DNA of 51,574 bases from contig CT868672.1 of NCBI GenBank assembly GCA_000165425.1, positions 62,001-113,574 of the forward strand. The letters run 5' to 3'. The notes below the pieces were generated by a model. It saw only the letters and a program-made list of their open reading frames with translations. It was not told the DNA's origin and made no database searches. Positions 1 through 11,390 of the stretch are shown here, one piece after another; positions within the stretch are counted from its first letter, which is position 1, and each line of letters starts with the position of its first letter. Made by a program: the position numbers and the translations under genes. Origin of the DNA: Paramecium tetraurelia. Lineage: Eukaryota.

Positions 1-83
1 TCCTTCTTCTGGAAAACAAGCCCATCAATATTGATGCTGATATGGAACCTACCCCTCCTCCTATGGTTAATAAGGCTGAATGA
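1..83 (+). CDS. 3' end of an unidentified protein (partial)
   Basis: Frame 3 reads LLLENKPINIDADMEPTPPPMVNKAE then TGA at 81-83; coding-like composition. Confidence 0.55.
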   Translation, partial: LLLENKPINIDADMEPTPPPMVNKAE

Positions 84-253
84 AAACGGATATAATTTTA
101 CATTGCATCAGACCTTTGGTAAAAGTATCATCGATTTTATACACATTATATACATCTGTGCTAATCACATTCATCTGCCCCAAACAGAACCCCATAAATA
201 AACTACCCAAACAGCAATTTAGAATTATGAGCAATAATTTATTCATTAAAATA

Positions 254-1158
254 ATGTATACTAACTAAAGTGTGTATATTCCAAAGGCAATCGGTGTTAA
301 AGAATATGCTTATGATGAGGAGATTAATATACCATACAGATAATAGATGGAAGATTGTATGGACTGAATTTCATTTAGTTTATTTTATCAAGGACAACAT
401 CTTAGAAGATGGGAGTCAATCTATTTTATTCGGAATCATGGATGGTCATGGAGGATAAACTGTTGCTAAGTTTGTATCCACTAACTTCCCCAAAGTTTAA
501 CATTAATTTACTATACCAAGGTTTTTCTTCAGTTACATAAGCAAAAGTAAAGACCAATCGATAAATTGCTTTAGGATACATTCGAAAAAGTATCAATCAA
601 TTGAATTTAAGGTCAATGAAATGGTTAAATAAGAATGCAATTCAAATGAAGTTGGGTCAACGGCAAGTATAGGATTTATGAGACTCGAAGGAGCCAAAAG
701 AATGCTGTACTTTGCAAATGTGGGAGATTCTAGAGCTTTCCTATTTGGCGATTAAGTTGTGCCTCTAACTACCGACCATAAGCCTAATAAATAGGGAGAG
801 AAGGCTCGCATTCAATAGCATTAGGGAACTGTGTTAATGGATCGCTTAAATGGAATTTTAGCAATTTCAAGAGCCTTTGGAGATCACAGCTTTACTTAAT
901 ATGGATTAACTTGCACTCCTGATTAAGTGAAAGTAGAGTTGAGACTTTCACATAAATGGGTGGTTGTGGCATCAGATGGTTTGTGGGATGTTGTCAATGA
1001 ATAGGTATCATTTGGGTATGATATCTAAATAGGAATTGTTGTAGTTCATAAGATACAAAGAGTCAGCTGATGAAGTCACTAAGTTCTTGTAGAAATTAGC
1101 ACAAAAAAGGTAATCAAAAGACAATGTCTCAATCTTATGCTTAAAAATTCAAATTTGA
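254..1158 (+). CDS. Protein phosphatase 2C (PPM family)
   Basis: Code-6 translation shows RQQMED, FGIMDGHGG, GSTA, ANVGDSRA, LTTDHKP, LAISRAFGD, VASDGLWDV and KDN; about four 22-27 nt introns. Confidence 0.93.
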
Positions 1159-1664
1159 TTTATCTAATATATAATTAGTAAAAATTAAACATTTCAAAAA
1201 AATATTTAAAAAACACTACTTTTTATATTATTACTAAGGATATTTGAATATACTTATGCACAATATAGTTCATTAGAAGTAGCTCCTTATTTAAATTATT
1301 TAATAATTTTGGAAAGATTTATTTCTTAAGCAAATTGTTAGAGAATTTTGAATTCTCCATAAGATTCATTTTAAATTTCTATTTATTCATTTAGGATTAT
1401 CAAGATCCTTAATTAAACGACTTGACATCCAAAAATTTAATATATAGAAATTATTATAAAAACTTAAATATTTGTTAATTGTTTAAATTCTCATTGTGCA
1501 ATTTTATTCTGTATGTAATCTCTAAAAAACATAAACATTATATAAATATATGATAAATTTAATATGTCAGTATATTTATACTAATATTGATTTTACTACA
1601 AATTAAAGGCTATATATATATTTATGTTTTTAGTATTACAATGCTGTTGTGATAGTACTTAGAT

Positions 1665-1984
1665 GAGTTCATTTTTTTTCAGACCATGATAATGTTTCAG
1701 AATTTTTCCAAGTATTTAAATATATACACATCCAAGCAATATATTTAAAGTGCATTAGCATTAGTAAGAGTATGAAAACTGTTATCACAAGTAACTTGGT
1801 GAAGAATCAATCTTCTACATTCAAGTTATTATTTTTTTCAAAATATTTTATATTCCATATTCCAAATATGAATATGATAATGTTAGCAACAAATATGCTT
1901 AAATTATATAGATTCCATTGAAAATATAGATTGTAAATAATATGGAATTTATAATAATATATAAGGGTATTTGTGTTTCCACAT
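1665..1984 (-). pseudogene. Possible degenerate small membrane-protein gene
   Basis: Hydrophobic frame (LSIFVANIIIFIFGIW..LLVITVFILLLMLMHF) is out of frame with the ATG at 1984; a TGA lies in a possible 24-nt intron. Confidence 0.25.
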
Positions 1985-2002
1985 TAAATTATTAGACTCA
2001 AA

Positions 2003-3553
2003 ATGCTTAATATAGTTCTAGAAACAAGAGGTGCTCATAGGATAAAATTGGGTGTGATTGTATTTTCAGTGATAACAATCAGTCTTGCTATCGTGTTTTT
2101 AGTGAACATGATCACTCCTTATGGAAGATTAACAAAATCTTCCCCAGCAAGCACTTTTGTGGAATTAATCTTTTGCATCTTTGTCCAAATGTGTTTGATA
2201 TATCGATTAAATGATATCATGTATCATAAGAAATAAGCCTCATATAAACTTGGGCTGGAAATAATAATAACTGCAATAGCAGTACTCTCATTAATAGATT
2301 TTATTTGTTGGTTCATTAATCCTGTTCCAGATATTCTCGCTGCATTTATTTGCTTATTTACATTCATTATCGCAGGGTTTCAATCTACTTTATGGATCTT
2401 ATAGAGAATTAAGAGCAGCAACAGTGAATAAGAGTATGATACTAATTTGACTCAATAAATATCGTAAGCTGGAGACTCTGCTCCTAAAACTTCAAAATGT
2501 ATGATCGCTCTTGAGTACATTCTGTTCTCTTTTATTTTATTATTGGTCATCTTAAATACCTGTCAAATTATACATGAAGCAAATCATCCAGGAAGTTTAG
2601 GAGAAGGTGAAGAGTATTACACTGTAAAAAGTCAAGACTTAGATGTAGTAATTAGAACTTATTGTATTGGGGCTAAGAATTTACCATAGATCATTCTAGA
2701 GGCTGGAGGAGGTTCTAGTGGAGTAGATTTTTATGAAATTCAAACTCAGCTTTCAGGAAATTACAGAGTTTGTAGTTATGATAGAGCTGGATATGGAATG
2801 AGTTGGCAAGCAGCTGCACCTTAGAGTTCTGAGAACAGTATGATTATTGCCTAGTAAGTGATGGATAAGGTTGGATTTAATACTTCAGTACCTAATTCTA
2901 TAGTTTGTATCGGTCATTCTGTTGGAGGTTAGCTCTGTCGATATTATGCACAATACATGTTAAGCATCCAAGGAATTATATTATTGGATTCAGTGCCAGT
3001 GATGAATTGGTTTTACTTGGTAGGATAATGTTAGAATTAAACTGTAAGTTAAGTTTATGCTTAATAATAATAAACTTTGCCTTTGATTAAGGCTATGGCT
3101 TCTTTGTGGCCATTCTACCTAGAGACACCATTTTTCATGTCCAGCGGAGGATTTCAACCGTCAAATCTATAAGGCTGGATAAATTGGTAAATCACTACCA
3201 CAAGAAATTGGTATTCATAATCACTTGGATACGCATCTGAACTTGAGGAATGTTAAGAATAATGTATGGAGTCATCAATCATAAATCCATCGTCAATAAT
3301 CAACAAGCCAATTATAGTTATAACTGCATCAAATTAATAAGGAACTTGTGCAGATAGGAATCTAACAGGAACAGATTGCCAAAACTTTTATTGCTCGTAA
3401 AATGCTTCAATTGAATTGACTGTTAATTAGTCGCTCCTAGGTAATCAAGTAAGCACGTATGTGGAATGCCCAGGTATTTGTAACCACGATTTTGTATGGA
3501 AATAACCAGATTTTATCGTTTAATAAATTGAATATTATATTCCATAATTTTGA
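2003..3553 (+). CDS. Alpha/beta-hydrolase with N-terminal multi-pass membrane region (516 aa, intronless)
   Basis: Uninterrupted 1551-nt code-6 ORF with about 5 hydrophobic segments, then [21 protein letters not shown], nucleophile elbow GHSVGG, LLDS and a C-terminal catalytic His (CNHDF). Confidence 0.88.
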
Positions 3554-3650
3554 TTTGGTTATATTTATTATGTACAAGAGATATAAAAATATTCAAAAAA
3601 TTTATGTTTGAATTGAGGAAATATGAAATAATTTAATAATTCTATAATCT

Positions 3651-6600
3651 TCATTTTGATTTGCTGCTTTTATGATCTTGCCTTAGTTTCCTGTCTCTTC
3701 TCTAAAGGATTTCAAGTCTCGTTTTTTTCCCTAGAGTTTAGTTTTAATGCTTATACTCTTATGCTGCATCTAAATTATTATTTTATAGTTCAATAAGATC
3801 AGTTCTGTATCTGCAATCACTAGGCAATGGAGATTCGATTTTATTGACATAGGCTGGATCCTATCTTTTCCAAATCCCAATATTTGATTCCATCCCAACT
3901 AATTGATTCTAGCCAAGAGCCCTCAACTTTAGATATTACTCTATTATGTTAAAACAAAGTTCCCCTAAAAATAATCTATAAATAGAATACTCAAAGTAAT
4001 CAGTTGGCTTTTAACTTCTTCCAATAAGCATACCTGCTCCTTCAGAAAATTTAATATCACAAACTATGTTATTCTTCTAATCAACGAATTTAATACTTCC
4101 ATACCATTCCAACAACCTAGCACCGTAAATTAAGCCACTGACTTTAACAGGTGGCATACTAAATGTAATTCTTTAACCATCACTAAATTCAACCACGCTC
4201 TCACCAACCTAATGTCCAATAACAGCATTATATCTTAAAGCAGCCTAATATTCAAAGTGACCATAAAATCTATATTTCTTCCTAAAATGTTCTATGTAGA
4301 AATGTGAGATGGGAGGATGATGACTAGTATGTTCAATTGAAATTGATGATCCATCTTACCATGAACCTTGGAATGTTTCACCTAAGATAGGATTAAATGG
4401 TTTCTTTTGTCTGCCTCCGATTGTATAGCCCAGCTATTATCATTGTGACAAACAATAGCGTCAATAAACCGAAGTAAGGGGATCCTGCTATCCTAAAGCA
4501 TACTCCATATAGATAGGCATAAAACCCCAGTATTCGCATATTCTTTCAATCATGGATCTAGGTTCAAAAATACGAACAGGAAGTGAGAAGGAAATGATAT
4601 TTCGACCTTCAAATAGTTATCTACCTGCCGATCTCATCAAATCTAATACCAATCCATCCTATGCCTTAATTTCTTCCTTGTTGAAACATTCAATTCCTCC
4701 CTCTTTAAATCTTCTATATCCTGGAACTCTCTCCTCCAATCTCTTACTTGTTATTTGCTAACCATTCTTCAATTATGTGATAGAATTCATCTATTCATCA
4801 AAACCTACTATGGACCTTGATTTCTGTTTAATGTAAGCGGAGGATAACTCACTTACAATAGATTGTTGAAATTGATGAAATCTCTCCTCATCAATAGTTT
4901 ATGAAATCAAACTTAAATTCTCTGCTTTATTGTATAAGTATTTTTCCTAACTTGATTAATGATACTATTTACCAACTCAGTTGTTATTCTGGAACAGGTT
5001 ATCTCACAGTAATAATTGACTAGTCCTTTGCCTGAGACCTTAGGAATTCTTTGAATTTCATAGGCTTCGAACATATTAAACTTGTTGTTTTCACTGGTCA
5101 ATATATCAACAATGAATGAACTGCCATTGTTTATGATGAATCGATATCTCAATAAGTTCATTTGGATTATGACTGGTTTTGTCACTACCTGTTTTTATCG
5201 TATGGGATGTATTATAAAATGCACCTTAGCTCTTTTCTAATATAAATTAAGAATCTTACAGTAAATTCAGCTTCTTTATTATCTTGTATTTTATTAATTT
5301 AAACAAAATTGCTATCCAGAACCTTTTTAAACTTAAAATTCTTAATAATTCTAAAGGCTTTTGTTGAGTCAACATCACAAACCATCCTACCATAAACACG
5401 TATGTTCTAAGCTTTTTAACTTTTAAAGTACGAGGCGGATAAGAGTGCAACCAAAAAAGCCATAAAAAATGGTATCCAATTAGGTTTTAAATAGACACCA
5501 ATGCAGAAAGCAATAGTCAGAAGAATATACAGTTTCCAATTCCTAGTATTCTTATTCTAGATTGGACTTTCGTATATTTTGACTCCATTTCTAAACTTGC
5601 GAAATTACCATTGTTATTATAGATCATCAAGCATAGTCAATATTTTATATTTAGATAATTCTGAGGGGAGAGTGTCAGTCAATAAATAAGTATTGGTAAC
5701 AACAAAAGAAGGTCGTTTTTCTGTTTACACGACAGCCGTTGTGGCATGAGATATCTCATCACGCCATTATTCAGTTTCATCCAAAGTTTCGCCACTGAAG
5801 TAGAATTGCTTATTATTCTAGGCTTCCACTTCAATATAAAAGCAATGTTCTCTGTCATCCAAAGTGGACATAGGGGATATGTAGGCTTCCCTTAGATTTA
5901 TGGCACCTCTTGGTACCTTGTCATTTCTATCTTTGAAGTATATCAATGTCTATCCATCCAAGACCAGATATCTTTGATTCCAATTATAGTCTATGGGTCC
6001 ATCTCCTCTTTTCAAGATCATTCCTGCCTTTTTTCTCTACAATTAAGGAGGTCTAGTAGGAGTTTAGGAACTTGTTAGACTGACTTAGGATTATTTGGCA
6101 GGAGTGGAAAAAGTGGATTGAGATAGATTAGAATAGTGTTTAAAGTATTTCTTCTTTAATCTAGGTGATGATGATAATAAATTACTCTTTATAGGAGGTC
6201 TTTTACAAGTCTTTGAGAGAAGTTATTTATTGATACAGATTCAATTTGACTTCTTATTATTGCAACAGAACTGATTTATTCATTTTAAACAATTCAGAGT
6301 CGTTCATGCTCTGCCAAACATTGTAAGTGAGTAGCATGGACTTGTAGAAATACAATAAGTATTTTCTTATTATTTCTGTTAAGAATTATGCAATTACATT
6401 TGACTCGTCACCATATTGATAGATATTGATTTCAACATTCAAATTAATAGCAACAATATTAGGACAGAATCGTTACCAATTGCTCTTCTCCAAGATGCCA
6501 AAGTTGTCTCGCAATTTCCTCTCGACATCTTTTTCATATCCCTTAAAGTAATCCAACTCCTCTGCAACCACATCAATCACTTAAGCAGCTCTATTTGGAC

Positions 6601-6964
6601 TCGGACTTACCTTAGCAATTACCGCAACCTCAATTCCTGAAAATTGGACCACATTAAATATTCTCTATTCGCAATTTTCAAATGAGGTCTTTCGCTCCTA
6701 TATTTGAATCTATTTCTAATTTGTCAATTGCACCATAAACTCTGGCAAGTAATTGGAGAGGATGTACATTTTGACAACAGGTGACTAATTAATATCGAGT
6801 TCATACTTATGAGACCAATTCAACCTTTTGCTAATTTTGCTTACTCAGATCGAAGTCAATCAAATAGTCTACAAATTTGCTTCCCTTTTAGAAACTCTAA
6901 ATAGGATGCGCGAAAAGTTTACTTCAGCATTTATTGGTAATATGACACTATATTATTATTTCAT
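3651..6964 (-). CDS. Oxysterol-binding-protein-related lipid transfer protein with PH and START-like domains
   Basis: C-terminal ORD motifs SLPVRIFEPRSMIER, KPFNPILGETF, EHTSHHPPIS and LEILQRRDRKLR; PH domain (AGMILKRG..WNQRYLVL..EQWRDEI); central START-like segment; several 22-26 nt introns restore the frame up to the ATG at 6964. Confidence 0.88.
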
Positions 6965-6971
6965 TAAATTA

Positions 6972-7538
6972 ATGGACGTATCAATAGAAAAAGTCAAACA
7001 TAGAACCAATCATGAAAGCATAAGATTACATACATTGATCAAGAAAGATATTTCGTAAAAACTCAAAAAAAATCACTTTTCTCCTCCTTCTTCGCCATCC
7101 ATATTGGAAGCAGTTCGATCAAAACCACTAATCAAAATCGAGAGATAACAAAGATCGCCAGTAGTTTAACAGATAAATGATCTAGATTTTGGTTACATGG
7201 AAGAATTGGAAAGGAAAAAGATGTTCATGATGATTAGACTTGGTCACATTAAGGATCCTGCTAGACTGCTTCCAGTTCATAACTATGACAAAATACCAAT
7301 TCTTCCAAAAAAAAAGAAAAGAAAAAACAATTAAACCCCATCACCAAATATATCTCCTCTCAAAGTTTCTATGCATAACTCTAACGATATATCGCTACCT
7401 ACTTTAAGCACTAGATTGCATGAAGATCCATATTAGATGAACAGGATCCATAACACAACCAAGCAAAAATTAGACCAAAAATAAAGGAGGTTGAATGTTA
7501 TCAATAAACGAATACTAAATAAATTCTCTATCGAATGA
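6972..7538 (+). CDS. Hypothetical basic protein (188 aa)
   Basis: 567-nt intronless code-6 ORF MDVSIEKVKH...KFSIE*. Confidence 0.7.
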
Positions 7539-8128
7539 ATATTGATCAAATGATGCAACTTTATATTCACCTTCAATGGGTTACTAAAAATTGAAATTTA
7601 ATTTAATATATCTGGTCCTATTTTAAAAAACTCTTATAATTAAACATATAATTATATTTTAATACAATTATTTAATTAAAATATGAACATTTTATTTTCT
7701 TAAAGTTCATTCATCTGTAATACTCTTTTCAAATGATATCACATTATTTGATTAATTTAATTAGGTTCAACCCAAGATAATACCAATTGTAAAAAATAAA
7801 GTGTTGATTCTTATTTTTTATTTAATATCTATTTTTTTAATCTCGATTAAATTTTTAAGAAGGTCTTTAACTATTTGTGATTGCATTTATTTAAAATTCA
7901 TAATATTGTTCGAAAATGGTTTATAAGTTTATTGTGAATACTTCTAGACTCAATCGGTCTAGTTCTTCTTTTTGTCTCTACTTGGAGATTTAAACAATCA
8001 AAAAAAATCATCAAATCTGAAAATGCCTGAATGATTAAGCACCATAATCACGTATAATAAAGAATAATTGATATTTATTTAAGGCGAAGGCAATTAATTA
8101 TTAGAATAAATATAAATTTAATATTTAA

Positions 8129-8755
8129 ATGGATATCATAGATTTTAATAAACCAAACACTGTCAAGAAGGTGAAAGTTGGTAAATTAGTTTGCCTATTC
8201 TAATAGTCAAGAAGGTTGTTACTTAAGCACCTGTAGTCAATAAATAATAATAGAATAAAGACTATTACAATAAGGCATTAGAAAGAATCATTCAATTATT
8301 AAAGGAAAACAACCCATCCTTAGCCACTCAGACTAACATTTAGCTTGAAAAACCCTAGATTGATAAATTGGGAACGAAGAAAACTTTGTGGAAGAACTTT
8401 GACGCCATTTGTGTGTAAATGAATAGGGTAGACTTAACACGTTAGTTAGTATTTTCTTATAGAATTGGGTACTGAAGGGTATTATATGAATACTAATATT
8501 AGATCATAAGCAGACGAGAAATTGATTATCAAAGGAAGGTACACAAGTACTTAAATCGAAACACTCATTAAAAAATATTTGTGTAATAATTTATTTTAAA
8601 TAATAGATGAGTACGTCTTGTGTTCATTGTGCAAAAGTTCAGATACTACATTAATCAGGGATGTCGAGTCAAGACTCTACAGTAAAGAATGCAAAAATTG
8701 TAAGGCCACAAAAACAGTTGCGACACTCAAGATATCAAATAAGAGATAAAAATGA
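8129..8755 (+). CDS. EIF2S2: Translation initiation factor eIF2 beta subunit (short form; apparent 1-nt insertion at 8426-8428)
   Basis: Motifs KPQIDKLGTKKTLWKNF, YFLIELGTEG, LIIKGRY, EYVLCSLCKSSDT and a CKNC zinc ribbon; three clear tiny introns. Confidence 0.9.
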
Positions 8756-8782
8756 TTATTAATTGCATGTTATTATTATTAT

Positions 8783-9180
8783 TTTATCAATATGGTCTAA
8801 AAACCAGTTCTAAAGTATTTCCCTATCTTTCCAATCTTATTACAATATTATTCGATATCATTTGGAACATCAACTTTCTAAGTATTTTTTGTTCATCCCA
8901 AGAAAAATGCATTTTTTATACAAGTAAATGAATTGAAATGATTTAATATACTGATTCCTATAAATGGCTTTACATAAGACTAAATTATTTAGGAGGCTAG
9001 ATCCAATAGTCTGAGATAATTTCTCATATTTAAACTGTAATTTATAATAAAATAAGAGAGACTTAGAGTATAACAATACTGTTTTCAATAAAGATCTAAT
9101 GTCCATAACCAAGTTTCAATGTTGTTGATATCTAATTAGAATCATTTAAATCAATTTTTAATTCAGCAATTTTTAAGAAT
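8783..9180 (-). pseudogene. Possible DEAD-box helicase remnant
   Basis: DVPNDIEQYCNKIGKIGKYFRTG resembles degenerate motif VI (DxPxxIExYxHRIGRTGRxG); the upstream region has stops and frameshifts. Confidence 0.3.
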
Positions 9181-9247
9181 ATAAACATAAAATTTTAACT
9201 ATTTATTAAAGAATATAATATTGATCTTAATAAAATTACTAAATAAT

Positions 9248-10740
9248 TCATAATAAAGTATCAAATCTATCTAATAACTACTTTTTGGTCATTGATCTGA
9301 CTTCTAAATAAGCATCCATAGTTGGATCTAGATAATATTAAATATAAGGATACCGATATTCGAATTCATAAATTTATCAATTTATAAGGCATCTAAGACT
9401 TAGACACAGTGAGTTAATAGGGTTTTTTCCTAGTTGTTATCCAAGAAGGCAACGTAATTAGATTATTTAATTTGGTTTACATAGTTCTTGATATTCTATC
9501 TATAATTGTCTTTAATTTCTAATGATTATGCATCTAATATCACTTTGTATTCCTTCAATCCGATATTCAATTGATCAACTTCCTTAGCAATAGTTTCAAC
9601 CAAACGTGTGAATTCAAAATTGGATTATAATCTATTATCCTATGACTATTTTAAGTGAATTGATAATTTGTTTAAACTAAAATACTCGGTTGCTGTAGTG
9701 CATTAGTTTTTAATGACACTTAACAATTATTGGCCTCTATTATTAGCCAACAATAACAAATAGTAAGCAATTAATGGAGATTCTTTATTCTATGACTATT
9801 CCAAAATAGTATGAGCAGTTGAGCACATGAATTAAACTTTACATCTTTCATTTACAATCTCTTATAATATGCTAACATTGTTAGTATTGGTATTGGATGG
9901 TTATAGGACATTCTATTCAGGTTTATCTGAATAAAGTTCCAAATCTCCACTAAATTCACCATCACTTTTTAATGGAATTTTAAATAAATATTCCCAAGTA
10001 CATCGTTTATTGGGATCCTTGATAAGCATTGATTTTAGCAAGGTGATTGTTTATTTGGTAAAATGAAATTATGGAGGTATAACCCAATCGGTTTCATCTT
10101 GTGCAGTGATTAATTTAGCAATAGATTTCTCTTCAAATGGACATTTACCAATCAACAGTTCATACAATACTGCTCCTAGACTCCAGATATCTGCTTTGCT
10201 ATTATAGGATAGTCCTCTTAACACTTCTGGAGCCATGTAGATTGGTGAACCCAACATGGTGGCGGTAACATCATTTTTGATGGGTTTACAAAATCCAAAA
10301 TCTGCTAATTTATAAATTCCATTATGTATTAAAATGTTTGAGGGTTTTAAATCTCGATGAATTATTGAGTTTTCTCGTAAGACTTTGAATGCTTAAATTA
10401 ATTGATAAATGATCTCTAGTGATTTTCTTTCTGTAAAATGTCCTTACAATAGCAGTAATTTGTCTAGTGGACCTCCAGAACAATGTTCATAAACAAAATG
10501 ATATTGATGAACGGTTTTAATTAATTCGATGAACTTGACAACATATGGACAATGTTAAAGTTTTTAAAGCACTTCTATCTCCTACATGCTTAATTCAAGT
10601 AATTTTGGTGTTTCATTAAATTTAGCCACATCAACACTCTTAATGGCAACTACAGTTTGAGTAATAAGATTGGTTGCTCTATAGACTTTTCCAAACTCTC
10701 CTTGTCCAATTTATTCATGAACCTTATATTATTCAATCAT
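9248..10740 (-). CDS. Ser/Thr protein kinase (ULK/CAMK-like)
   Basis: IGQGEFGKVY, VAIK, HRDLKPSN, DFG, GSPIYMAPE and DIWSLG; one 26-nt intron gives 489 codons. Confidence 0.93.
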
Positions 10741-10837
10741 GTTTTTAACAGTTAAATTAATAAATCAAAAACCATATTGCTAATTGCATAATTCAATTTC
10801 AAATAATGAGAGAATATTATTGAATAGGACTGACTTG

Positions 10838-11227
10838 ATGCATCTATTGATTTAATTCATATCATTCTCTCAAGTTTGTAAATAAAAATGTGTTATTTTC
10901 TAAAGTTCTCATTTTATTATTGTATTTAATGATGATTTAGTTAATAATCAGAACCTTGGGTTGCTATTATTTTAGGATGTAAATAACAATAAAGAGTTGA
11001 GTAACTTTGATAAACTGGTTAATTAATTGTCTTGGAATTAAAAATTGGAACTCCTTTGTTAAATTTATAATGATAAATTGCGAAATATGAAGGGTATAGA
11101 AAAATTGGTTATTCAGAAAGATCATTACACTTTTTTACTTAATACTAATCTACCAAGAATTGATAAAGCACTATAATTATTGTTTATTTTTTAAGACCAA
11201 AGTAGTTTGAATCTTTTAATCAGATGA
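10838..11227 (+). CDS. Hypothetical protein (129 aa)
   Basis: 390-nt code-6 ORF from ATG to TGA, no recognisable motif. Confidence 0.3.
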
Positions 11228-11390
11228 TTATTTTATATTAATAACTAAGAACTAGTAACTAAGAGGGTCTCAAATTAATTAATTTATACTAAGTTTAAGT
11301 TAATTTTATTGGAATTGTTTTACGAATTAGATAATTTCATTCTAAAATTAAGATTAATTCATCATAATTGTGTATAATAATATTTAATTT

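Noticed and set aside
100..200. Minus-strand segment with GATGA...CTGA and CTTTTACCAAAG, suggesting a C/D snoRNA or U5 loop
   Set aside because: The C box is degenerate, the U5 GCCUUUUAC loop is incomplete and no convincing stem or target is visible.
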